Shown here piece after piece: positions 1 through 11,722 of a stretch of DNA of 64,000 nt. Positions within the stretch are counted from its first letter, which is position 1; each line of letters begins with the position of its first letter. Location: positions 19,158,001-19,222,000 of the forward strand of contig CM114271.1 in the NCBI GenBank assembly GCA_050084515.1. The letters run 5' to 3'. Origin of the DNA: Blasia pusilla. Its lineage: Eukaryota. The notes under the pieces were generated by a model. The model did not search any database. It saw only the letters and a program-made list of their open reading frames with translations, and was not told where the DNA came from. Both the position numbers and the translations under genes were made by a program.

Positions 1-880
1 GGCACCGCCCTAGTACCCGTAGCAAACCCCATGGTGCGGTCGCGCTCATTTGCTGTAGGCTCCTCCAATGCTCCGGTCACCTCATCCCAAATCATGCTTG
101 GCCCTCCCTGACAAAAGGCATGGGATGTTGGGAAGCTCACCATCGTAGGTAAGGCTTCCCTCAACTCCCCCACCCTATTGGCCATCGCCAACGGTGGTCT
201 ATCATCCCGTGTCACCACCTGAGATTGATGCCTTGAGCCCAAAATAGCATCCACTGTGAGATGTGGTGCTCTTTGACTCCATCGTATGCTCGACTTAGTT
301 ACTCTGATGGTATTAGGTTTGTCCACCATAGTCGTGGACGATGAGCACGTGATCCAACTCTCGCTGCATCTAACAACACAGCAAGTCCCAACCAAGACCT
401 CACCTGATGCACACTCGTCATCACACGTGCACGAGTGTCTCCCAACAACGGCACGTTCTCCAAAATGTACGTTGGAGAACATGTATGACTCTCCTGCAAG
501 TGTCGTACTACTCGTAGCATCTCCCAAAACATCCCTGACCTCCGATCCTGCAATCCAAGTCCTCGGCCAGTTGATGAATGACCCTAACATGGCCATCCAG
601 CAATCACCAAATGAATGGTGCCAACTCTATCCAAATCTTGCGCCCCCATCAAAGAAATGTTGGCGGGTAGTGTATGCTCATATCTCCGTACTGTCAGATG
701 CCGACAACAACTCAAGATACCTCTGGACCAATCTTGCCACGTGACGTAATGATACTCACCGCGCGGTCTCATCTCTCTCCACATAAAGGTACTGATGCAC
801 CTATATGCCGCCTGCAATACTGCAGCCAATCCGGTGCTAATTCCTCCAAAGAGATCTAACACCCTAATACCCTCCTCTTG
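1..880 (-). pseudogene. DNMT3-like C5 cytosine methyltransferase domain of copy 1 (disrupted)
   Basis: Motif I IRVLDLFGGISTGL, motif IV HLVIAGWPC* (CAG>TAG just after the catalytic Cys), motif VI YILENVP, motif VIII AHRPRLWWTNL, motif IX EPTANERDRTMGF at 20-62. Confidence 0.88.
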
Positions 881-3800
881 GCACTGCCACACAACATGTG
901 TGATATCCAGTGGGGTCAGCATCTCCACTCCAAGAGCTCGATCACCACGTGACTCTCGCTGCTCTGGGATAAAAGCATGACTCCACGCCTGCCTCACGAG
1001 GTCGTCGACACTCCTCTGTAGCTCTCGAGTCGTACCCCACGATGGTGAAGAGGTCTCGCCAACATGGGAAGAGACACCCGCCAAGGCATGTCTCTCTATG
1101 GGACTATCCGCTACTGGGACATGCTCCGCATGTGCATTCCCCTCCAACAACTCTCCTGGCCAGCTAACACTACGTGTAAAAGCTGCCAACGTGGTCATAG
1201 ACTTGCCTCGTGATCGACCACCTCGTCCCGCAAACTGCACGGGTAACCGACTAATCTGTCCTTTACCTGACCGCCACCCTGGCCGATAAGCAACGGTCTC
1301 CTCCTAAGTCGAGGATGAATCCTAGGGGATATAACACTGTACTCCCCACCAACACATCGTACGACTCAGCTGGTGTCGTAATCGCACGTGTGCGCACCAT
1401 AGCACTATCCGTCGCATGCTCTGGCTAGACTCGAATAACTATCTCCTGTCGAGTCATATACTGCGTGGGTGAAACGCCCCCAATCAAGGTCTGTATCTAA
1501 AAGGGACAAGGCTCAATGTCGGCCTTCCGTAACCCCAACGTTAAACAGGCCGCCTTCCCTAACATCAAGGGTTGCACTCCCGAATCAAGTAGGATGCGCA
1601 GTGGGTGGTATACTGTCCCCGTGGGACTAACCAAGCGAAATACTCTAGCTCGGTTATCCAGTCACACTACTCCAAGTGTCACCACTGCTCGCTCTATGGC
1701 CGGTCGAGCTGGCATATCTACCAACTCGCCGTCATGCCATGACTCTGTGGGGAAAATGGCTCGAGTGCAAGTCCACCACCTCCTCAACTACCTCTCGAAC
1801 AAGAAGCGCTTATCTCTCCACGCCACACAACCTGGCGGGGCTAGAACACCTCAGCTGGTCCAACTCCCAACGTCGCCAACTGTATGGCGAAAAAATAGTG
1901 GAGTGTGACTCACTCTCGTGGCCACCTCCAACACTATGGTCGACACTGACTCCACTTGAGCCGGCATAGGAGTTGTCACTCCAACTCCTCGTGACGTCGA
2001 CGTAGGTGCCTGAGCTGTAGGCATCGCTGGTCATCGAGGCACCATTGATGGTGTGTGTAGTGCCTCCAACAATGTGAATGACTGTGGAACCCCGGCCTGC
2101 CGCCCATCGGTCCCCTCTGGTGGGTCAATCTCAACTCCACCTCTCGAATGCCTCGGTGCCTCTCGCAGCACCTCGAGTCACCACTGCAGCTGCCCCTACG
2201 TGGGTTGCACTACACATAATACTGGCGAGATCCTCACTCGGGTGAGGGTAAGAGGTAGAAGCTGGAGTCACACTAGCTACTCGCAGCTCTGTGCCTTCCC
2301 TAAGCTGCATCATCATCATGGCAGCAATCCTCTGCTCCAACTGATCGATAAGTGAGAGAAGTGCCGGCTCTGGTGCTCCCGCTCCATCTCCCTCCGGCCT
2401 GGTGGTGGTGCTCTACCACCACGTCCAGGAAGGACTCCCCGACCTCCTCCAGGATGACCGCCCCCAGGCCCTCGGCCTACCTCTAGACGTGCCTCTCGGC
2501 GAAGGTCAAAACACCTATCCCTAGTGTGACCATATCTATGGCAATAGTCACACTGGTGCTGTGGTGGGGCCATCCTCTATGGCTCCTGAGCAATCGGAGG
2601 CGTTCGTGGTCCTCTCCCATATTGTGGCCAGTCCCTCTGCCTATGGGCCCCTCCACACATCCAACAAGACCACATCGGTCCCTGCTGGGCAATATATGTA
2701 GGTACGGGTCGTTGCCTCATAGGCTCATGGTACCCGCCCTGCTCTCTGGGCACACCGGCCCGCTCTCGTGGTACCGCTACTCGCTGTGGCACCACGGGAG
2801 CCGTATGGGGTCACCGTCGCTCATAGACCCTTCGACTCTCAAGAAAATCCAGCGGTCACTACCTGCTCCTCACTCATGTTGAGCTCAATACGCTCAGACA
2901 ACTCAAAGACCACCTTCAATGTGGGCTTCGCTGGGTGAATCAGCACCGCATCTCGGATTCTCCTCCATAGTTCTTGGTCCAGAACCCTGTACCAATACTG
3001 GACTGACCGCGCCTTAGTCACTCCATACGTAGCAATGATCAACCTCCTCATGCGTGTGAATGCCTCTCTCAGACTCTCACCCGATCGTCGCTGAAAATCC
3101 TGTAGACTCTTCAGCTTGTCTATGCGTATGCCCTAGTAGCTCTTCCCCAACTGTCAGAAGAACTCCACTGTGGGGCTCAAGCTAGGTGGCCCTCTACCAC
3201 CAGAGGTCTCTGCCACATTGCTTGTCTCACTGCCCTTCTCTCCATCTAATCTCCGGGCTGATGGTGTGGGTCTCTCTCCTCTCACAATCCCATCATATGC
3301 CTCGCGACCACTAGTGGACACATACCCTGGAGCCCAATACATCCTCTAGGCATCAATCTCTACTGAATATAGTGATCAAAACTCCATATAATCATCCATC
3401 GAAGCACACTCCAAGTGCTGGAACAACCCCTTCCATGCCATGAAAGGGTTAAACCGTGTCCGGGTCCGTATCTCCTAGAAGTTGCACCACGTGTCAAACT
3501 CCTGGATAAAATTATCTAGGTTGATGGTGCCCATTGCACCCGAGAAACGATGCATACCTCGATAGCCCATGTCGTCCATCTCCTGCCAAGTGATACTGCC
3601 TCCATCTGCGATCTCATCACCAGACCGTGTCTAGTGATGACGATCAAGCCACGGATGGATGTTGAGGTAGCTCCTCACTCGTAACTCCTCGGTATCTCAC
3701 TCCACTCTGTGTCACTCCACTAATACTACTCGCACTACCCCGTTCTTCCAAGCCGTGGAAGAACACCGTGATGACAACCCTATCGCACCCGCTCAAGCAC

Positions 3801-4650
3801 TCAGACTCACCGAGAGTCTCCCATACTCCTCACTAGCTCACCTATGCTAACGTCAATCCCGTGATGACACACCCGGCCTCACGCACACTCAACACTCGGG
3901 CTCATCATAAGCCTCCCAATTGACTCACCTAACCTAGCGACACTCTCGATTCATACATGCGACCCCTATGCGGTAACCGCCGTATATCCACCAACATGCT
4001 ACACATGAACAGAATCTACACTCACAAGTGCGGGAAAAGAGACTCGAATGGGTAACCTGATCACGCCCCCAACCTGGTGTGCCGTCAACATGCACTCCTC
4101 CATGTGACACAAAAACGAAAGCAACACAACACTCTCCTCGACCAACACGTCGATTCTCGCGTCAACAGATGCGAACAACCCGTCGGCATCATGCGCACTG
4201 ACACTCCATCAAGTAACACCCCATCGCAAGGTGTCGGTGTAACTGACCCACCTCATCACTTAGTGCAGTCTTCCAACAATAATGTTATATTTTTAAAAAC
4301 ATCTAATTTATTCCCCATTAGGTAAGAGTCGGTGTCAGGAGAGAGAAGAAAAGGGCAGGTTTGGGTCTTGCAGCTGCCGGGGGCTATCAAGTAAAGGCGA
4401 TTAGGTTAGGTCGTGAAGGCTAGGTTTAGGGGCGGTGACGGGCGCGGCGACAAGCAAGGGGCGCGCACGGAGGACGGGCGCGGCGAAGCAGACGAGCGCG
4501 GAGGCGGACGGAGTCAGGGCCGTCCCTTACCTTCCCCTCCGCACTTTGGGGAGGGCCGCATATCCCCCCGACATTTAGTACCCCACAGGGGTGCGGACCG
4601 GAAGACCCCCGCATTTACTACTTTTTGCGAACGTGGTTGGATGGCAACGT
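1..4650 (-). mobile_element. Gypsy family B (DNMT-carrying) copy 1, 5' half: leader, gag, zinc knuckles, protease, DNMT; runs off the left window edge
   Basis: Minus-strand gag starts at ATG 3579 (MDDMGYRGMHRFSG...FNPFMAWKGLFQHL; RRSGESLREAFTRMRRLI). Two CCHC-type knuckles (CWMCGGAHRQRDW, CDYCHRYGHTRDRC), protease ILLDSGVQPLMLG near 1560-1595, then DNMT motifs. Leader near 4030-4065 matches copy 2 at ~13160 (tcaggttacccattc). Cut at 4650 by a family A LTR. Confidence 0.88.
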
Positions 4651-5768
4651 TGTCGTGTCGAGAATCTTTCTTTGAGCAAGGGCGGGCCTTCTAGCTGCGG
4701 TAGATGCGGTCGATGCAAGGTGAACTCTCCAATAAGTTCTCCTTTTTCAATACAAAATTATGATGTACACTCTCCATTCTCTCACGACAGGTATCACAAA
4801 TGGAAGTGCCGACGCGATCACTTCTTCGTAACATCGGACCCCGAAATTCCTAACTATAAAATCCCTATAAACTATTTTACGGTTGAACACGAGGAAGATA
4901 GCACAACTAGTGTTAAACCCTACTTGACCAGGCCTATTGACATCCATGGATCGCTATATAGGACATAAAAAGTACAATCCCATGTCCTTCCATATGTGAC
5001 GATAGGAAGAATCACGGAGTTGGAGATTGCATGACCTGGTTCATGAACGCCCCAAAGTCATAAACTAAATAGCGAGTGAACCAGTGCCTATCTACAAAGA
5101 GTACCTTGACATGGTAAGGATTGAGGAAAGGAAAGTCGGGCGCAGCCTCGTGCTCCACCCCTATCCATGTTTGAAGACATTCTCTACTCTCCTCAAGAAT
5201 GGGTTTTGGCGGAGTTATTCTCCCAAGAGGGGTAATCCACTCTCATTGGGAAAGTAACAAGCCAAAACGTCCGCTATTTTAGTATGACTAAACTCCTCTA
5301 CGGTGACAAACCTCTCATCCCCCCCACACACACACACCACACTCTAGAAACCTCTCAAAGAATAGACCATGATCAAGTTACTCTCCCAAGAGGGGTGATC
5401 CACTCTCATTGGAAGAGCAAGCAATCCCAAAGCCATACACTCAAGAGAGACACGAGAGACTCAAGATGTGGAATAGAAGGTGATGAACCCTTGAAGGTCC
5501 CTCCTCTTTATATACTCACAAGGGATCCACAAGAGTACGAAATAGAGCTTATCTTATCTTGTGCCACATGGCTTCCTCTCAAGGCTTAGCCAATCACATT
5601 TTGACACAAGTAGATTTCCTCTTATCTCTTCCAAAATATCCTCTTTTACCCACTTGATATTTTCCAAATTACCCCAACTAACCTAGCCACCAACCAAGAC
5701 TACTTTTCCTTTTCATTAAAATAACTACTTTACTTTTATAAAGTCATCTTTTATTTATTACCTCCTTT
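4651..5768 (-). repeat. Family A Gypsy LTR, truncated
   Basis: Begins tgtcgtgtcgagaatc and closely matches 30328-31455. The match stops at ~5768, where it abuts family B RT sequence. Left flank is ACGT. Confidence 0.9.
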
Positions 5769-8557
5769 GGATGCGGTAGGGCATGCAAAGATCTTTAGTA
5801 CTTTAGATCTCCGGCTGGCTATCATCCGCTTCCTATCAGGTTGGAGGATAGGGAGAAGACAACATTCTGAGGGATAGATCGGTTCGGGAGAGATTGTTTG
5901 TATCAGTGGCGGTTCTTACCATTTGGGTTGAAGAACGCGCCTGCAGAGTTTCAGAGAGTGATGGATAGGATTCTGGCTGGCTTGGATTTTGTACAATGTT
6001 ACATAGATGATATTCTTATCTTCAATTTCACGGTTGAGGAGCATGAGCGACACTTGGAGGAGATGTTCCGGAGATTGTAGTTAGTCGTTCAGCACACGAA
6101 GGTAGAGGATATTGCGCAGATTCCACGCCCTACAGATGTGAGTTGAGTCCGAGCATTTCTTGGACTGGCAAACTTCTATCGATGGTATGCCAAGGGTTTT
6201 AGTGCCATCGCAAAGTCTTTGACCTTGTTGACGAGACTTTATCAGGTTTGGTTGTGGGGAGATGATCAGGAGCAACCATTTCAGGAGCTTAAGGACAGGT
6301 TGACGTCCTCATCCATTTTACACAGACCGGTTAGGGGTTGCCCATTCCAGTTACATACGGATTGGAGCATGTTGGGTCTAGGAGCAATGCTTACTCAGAG
6401 GGATGACGAGGAGAAGGAGCTCGAGTTCATTGTGGCTTAGGCGAGCCGTTCGAACAACATTGCAGAGGCGAAGTACAGCTCCTACGAGGGAGAGTACTTG
6501 GCTGCAGTGTGGGCCATGGCACATTTCAGGTGCTATTTATTCGGCAACCCTTTCACTGATCATCAGCCGTTGAGGTTGTTGATGCAGTCCGACAAGCTTA
6601 CGGGAAAAGCTTGCCAGGTGGGATCTATTACTACATGAGTAAGAGTTTGAGGTGGTTCATAGGCTAGGTTGGCCGAATCAAGATGCGGATGGGTTGAGTC
6701 GTAACCCATGTCTCAATCAGAGAGACGACACAGGAGCTCGATGGAACGGAGAGAGTGATGAGGAGATGATGCACGGTTGGCATGCATCTGCCTATCTTTG
6801 TTGGTTGACTATGGCAGGTTAGCCACAGGTGATGACTCGAGTGGTGGGGTTGGATGATGAGTCTTTGGATCCGGAGGTCAGTGAGGAGGCGACAGGTGGT
6901 CGTGATATCCATGACGACGTGGAGGTTCTGGAGTTCTTGCGCACTAGTGTCATAGCGAGCACAATGAATGCTAGGGAGCGGGATCGGATCCTATATAGAG
7001 CCAAGAGGTTCAGGTCAAAGGGGACTCACATTTTGCGGGTATGGGGAGATGGTAGGATACGAGTGGTACCTCATCCTTCCCAGCGAGCACGTGTAGTGCG
7101 ACATGCCCATGAGGAGTTGGGAAATTTTGGAGTAAAGCGTACTTACAGCTTACTCCAGGTTCAATATTGGTGGCGCGGCATGCATACTAGGGTGCAGCCG
7201 TTTATGGCTAGATGTATGGTATGTGACAGAGTGCAAGCATCCTTCAATGCTCCCACTCTCAGTTACATCCTTTGCTGATTATGGGTTTAGGTTATTAGTG
7301 GAGTTTAGACTTTGCGGGACCTTTGCCATTGACGGGGCGTCATTATAGGTACGTGTTGGTCATGATGGAGCATTTCTCCAACTAGATAGAGTTGGTGGCA
7401 CTACCAAACAAGGCAAGCAAGGGAACAGCTTATGCATTTCTAGATCGTGTGCTTAGTCACTTTGGTGCACCGGTGGAGGTGTTGATTGACCAGGGTATCG
7501 AGTTCAAGGGAGAGTTTCAAGCCTTGTGTGATCAAGCGTTGATAAATCACCGCACCACGTCTAGAGATCATCCTGAGGCGGATGGGTTGGCGGAGAGAGT
7601 GGTACATACGGTGAAGAGAGGATTGCGCAAGTATGGCTTGCAGCGAGGACAGTTGAGGGAGTGGGACCTACAGTTGCCATGGTTGGCTATGGGTTATCGC
7701 TTTAGTCGGCAGGCATCCTTGGCGTCATTTTCACCGTACTTTTTGCTCTTTGGGAGAGAGCTAGATTTACCTGCAACCATTTGACGTGACATGGCGGAGG
7801 TGTTAGATCTTGATGATCCGGATGTGTGGGTACAAGCATGGTCTCAGAGGGCGGAGGTTTTTTGTAGAGTTATGCCTATGGCCTTAGAGAACTTAGCTAT
7901 TGCTCAACATAGAGATACTTTGAGGTACACGACCATTCGTGGAGGAGGTTATCGGCCAGGGATTAGGAGGTTTCATCCTGGGGATTACGTGCATTCACAG
8001 CAGGTGGCACCCACGATGCTAGATGTCACTACAGCGCGCACGATCCTACGTATGCGCAAGGTATTACCGACGGGAGTCCTCATGTTGGAGGGACGGGATG
8101 GTATGGTTTGGAAGGATCATGTGTGCAATTGTGCGCCATGTCATCTTCCAAACATAGATGGGACAATGGATCCAAGCTTGGCAGTGGTACCTGCAGGCTT
8201 GAGGTGTATGTTGTGCAGATCTGCGAGGGGTGCAGCCACCATGTTGGTATGTGATGGTTGTTCTCGAGGGTGGCATATGTCATGTCTAACCCCCTCTTGA
8301 TGTGGTTCCCAAAGGACGATGGATGTGTCCGAGATGTGTATAGGGTAGTAGGTCATGTCAAAGAGATGTGATATTTTCTATCTGGAGTTGGGGGGATCCA
8401 ACTGCCAACTAGGGGGGCGGTTGTGTGATCTCCATGTATATGTATGAGTTGATTTTTGTACATGTGTGGATCGACCCGTGTGTGGGGAATATCGGTGTTG
8501 TGTGGTGTAGTTGTGACTGGCGATGTATGTTGTGTAGCGATATGTATGCGCACGAAA
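5769..8557 (+). mobile_element. Gypsy family B 3' fragment: RT-RNaseH-integrase-PHD plus terminal B repeat
   Basis: RT DAVGHAKIFSTLDL..LPFGLKNAPAEFQRVMD..YIDDILI; RNaseH LHTDWSMLGLGA; integrase HHCC (HAHEELG..CMVC), core IDQGIEF..ADGLAERVV; PHD 8205-8337. Ends tatgcgcacgaaa, like the cacgaca terminus of other copies. Confidence 0.9.
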
Positions 8558-10589
8558 ACATTGGGGATGTAGAGGTGGTCAAGGAAACTTATCTGAGCAC
8601 GCATATATTCCCTTTGAGTACTAAACCCTAAACCTAGATCCGCCGTTACATCATTTATGCTTGTGTACATTGATCGAGCCATTGTTATACTATCACCAAT
8701 TGTTATCTTTTTGGTAGTTCCTAATCTCCGCCTTTAGATTTCTTTCGTTGGTTATATAGGAAATCTTCTTATCTTCTTCCCCTGAGCTATATATATGTTT
8801 AGTGGGATTGAGTCATCGAGGGCGGGAGATAGCCGAATGAAGTCTATTGATAGTGCCAAGAGGCAAAGAGTCAATTCAAGGAATGACTTTAACATGGCTA
8901 TAAGAGAGGCATGGTTAGACTGGTTTTTCTAGGTTAAATTAGAGAAGACTCAAAAGAACCTTTATTTTGAGGGATATGGATGGTTTCCATGACCATGCCT
9001 TGGAATTACAAAGATTCTCTCTGAGAGTTTCAAAGGCATGGAACTAAAAAGTTGGTGCTAAGGAGGCGGAAAGGTTAGGTGCATTTGATACCCAAGAAGG
9101 TGTTCATTTTGAGAGAATCTATGTCGATCTTAAGATATATAAGAAGGAGAAGCCCATCTTTGAAAAAACAACTCTACTAGAAAGATTTAGTGTAGAGTTA
9201 AAAAATACTTAACGTCTTTTTAAGAGACGTAATTATAGTGTGATGGGGAGGATATTGGTAGCTTCACATGGATTTATGTGGATTTTTAACAACGATGTAG
9301 TAATATGACATGATCTTGAGGATACTTTGGGCTCAGGTGTATACGAAACCGTGTATCGTTATAAAGTAAACCAAACCCTTGGCTTTAGTGAAGATATTAA
9401 ATTTCATGAAGTTGTTTAAGAAAGCATCGCAATTTTATTCAAGACAATCAATGATGCGTGAGGAGATTTTTGCTACTCTGTTACATCGAGGGATGGTACC
9501 CATGTTGGAAAGGTTGATTGAGGATTGAATGCTTGCCATTGAATACTAGAATGGTGGGCACCTTGAAAATTAAATGCAAGCATGCCACACCTTAAAGAGC
9601 AGAGGGACGCGCAAGTTTAGGAGAGTTACAGAAGATCATATGTCTCACGATGGCATCAAACATCATTCAGCTCATGATTGCCTTGCTTTTTACCATGGGG
9701 ACTGTCCATAAGTGTGGAGTTTTTCATATTGACCTTCATGCTAGGAACATTTTCATCCTTACAACTTAGAGCATAAAAAAGAGGGGAAGAACCCCACAAT
9801 CCACCAAGATGGCCAACGCTCGCAAACATGGGCAAGAAGACACTCTCACAATTCGTCACTGAAGATGAATTGAAGGCGCACTTGGACAACGCCATCGACC
9901 AAGATATTCTTAATGTAGGGTTCAAGAAGTTGCGGCTCAAGAAGTCGGATCGTGCGATTAGTAGATTTGCAAGGAAAGTGGGAGAAGATGAGTGGAAGAG
10001 GGATTGGGCCTTGTTCAATGGCATTGCAAGTTATGAAGACCTCTCAGCAAAGAAGAGGAAGCTAGTGAGTTTTTAATGGTGTCAATATAAGTCATAATTG
10101 AGTTTTTATGGGCCTAGAGAGAATTTTGATCGTCTTGTACATATCAGCGTTGTTCCCACAACCTTTTGTGGGGAGAGTGCTCAAAAAAATAGCAAGGTTA
10201 TGTCTTTTCTCTCACAGTTGGAGAGTTTAATAAAAAGATTCCCAACATACTTTTGATTTGGAAGCTGAATTTAACATATTAAAGGGGAAGCACCAACAGT
10301 TTTCTGAAGAGCACGAGAGACTAAAGAGAGAGATGGAGAGGATCATGAACGAGTCAATTTCCAGAGATGATCTCCATAGAAGATAAAGAGTTTTAATTGT
10401 GGACCATATAGAGCAATGGAGGAGAGCATTCCAAACCATCATGGCAAGATGATGACAAGAAATGCATGAACTATTACGATAGAGAGCAAGGGGCAATATG
10501 GGAGAACTCACTCCCAAGAAAACTTTGCATGAGGGTCATCTCATGAAATAGGCTGATAGGATCTTATTTCATCCTATTGAACAATTTTG

Positions 10590-11218
10590 GCCGCGTGCTC
10601 TACGTGCGATATAGGAATAGATCCAAAGGCTGCCAACTATGCTTCTTTGATGTTGGCACCAACACCTCTCAATCCGAGTAAACTTCATCAAAATATATGT
10701 CATTGGTTGAAGGCAATCGCTATAGCTAAAGGAGGGGCCCTCACGCCAAAAAAATGGCTAAAATACATGATTTGCGTCAGCCCCCATTTCCGTAGAAGGT
10801 TGCTACGTGTCAAGCACATGTAAAGCTTGCTATTGGAATCCAGAGCAGCAATGATGCAGTTGAATGAAGCATTAAAGTCACCACCATTTCTACGATAAGT
10901 GAGCTATGAATGTGGAAGACTTATAATCATCATAGTAGACACTAATCCTATTGCTATCGGGTGGGGAGTTGGGATGATGCGGAAGGAAGAAGGTTTGCAA
11001 GAAGGTTTGGAGCTGGTACATTCACGAAACGACAAGGAGGTACCATATCCTCAGGTCAAGAGAAAGCTTTGGGGAGTGACTGTAGTGAAAGCTGAGGGGG
11101 AGTACCTTATGGAAGCCTATGTATTGCTTGAGGTTCATTCTCTACCTCTGTTAGGTATGATTGCAAATTGTACAACTCAAGATATAGCCATTTTACGTTG
11201 GATAGCCTACATTAGGTC
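10590..11218 (+). pseudogene. Family A Gypsy pol fragment (RT-connection/RNase H), left part
   Basis: IIIVDTNPIAIGW..YPQVKRKLWGV..ILRWIAYIRS continues at 23283 as LNPQLRHIARKENSIVDMLSR once the family B insertion is removed. Confidence 0.75.
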
Positions 11219-11722
11219 TATCACGACTTTTAGGATAGATCGGCAAGATCTAGTAGAGTTCCTTTAGAGATATAAGAGGCCTCAGAAGGTCAAGGATGAC
11301 CTGTTGAGGCCACGGGTAACCTGTGAGAGCAGGTTTCCCCTTCGTTTCGGCTCATTTGGAGCCATATAGAGAAACTTACTATTTTTGGTAAGTTTTCATT
11401 TGGAGTATAGTTGACTTTCCACTTTGAAAAGTGGCCCTTGATCCGCTACAGCAGGTCAAGAGCCAAGGAGGTGACTTGCGAGCATAAGTTATCGAGGAGA
11501 GAGCTTGGGAGAGGGAAGGGCGTATACCTCCAAGAGAGAGAGCTTGAGAGCTCATTCTCTCTTTGTTGAACCTCTTTGGCATAATGCGGCGGAGCTATGG
11601 TCTTGCTTGCCTTGTGTATGTAATCTAAGCCTTTCATTAGGAGAGTGGGTTTGGTTTGACATGAGAGAGAGTGCACACCATGGAGAGATTGGTGTGAGAT
11701 GTTGAGAGAGATCCACTTGATT
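11219..11722 (+). repeat. Family B terminal repeat A1 (5' end)
   Basis: Direct repeat of 22636-23140 and 36005-36435. Homology ends at gagatccacttga and is not followed by the B segment or a TGG-type PBS. Confidence 0.88.
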
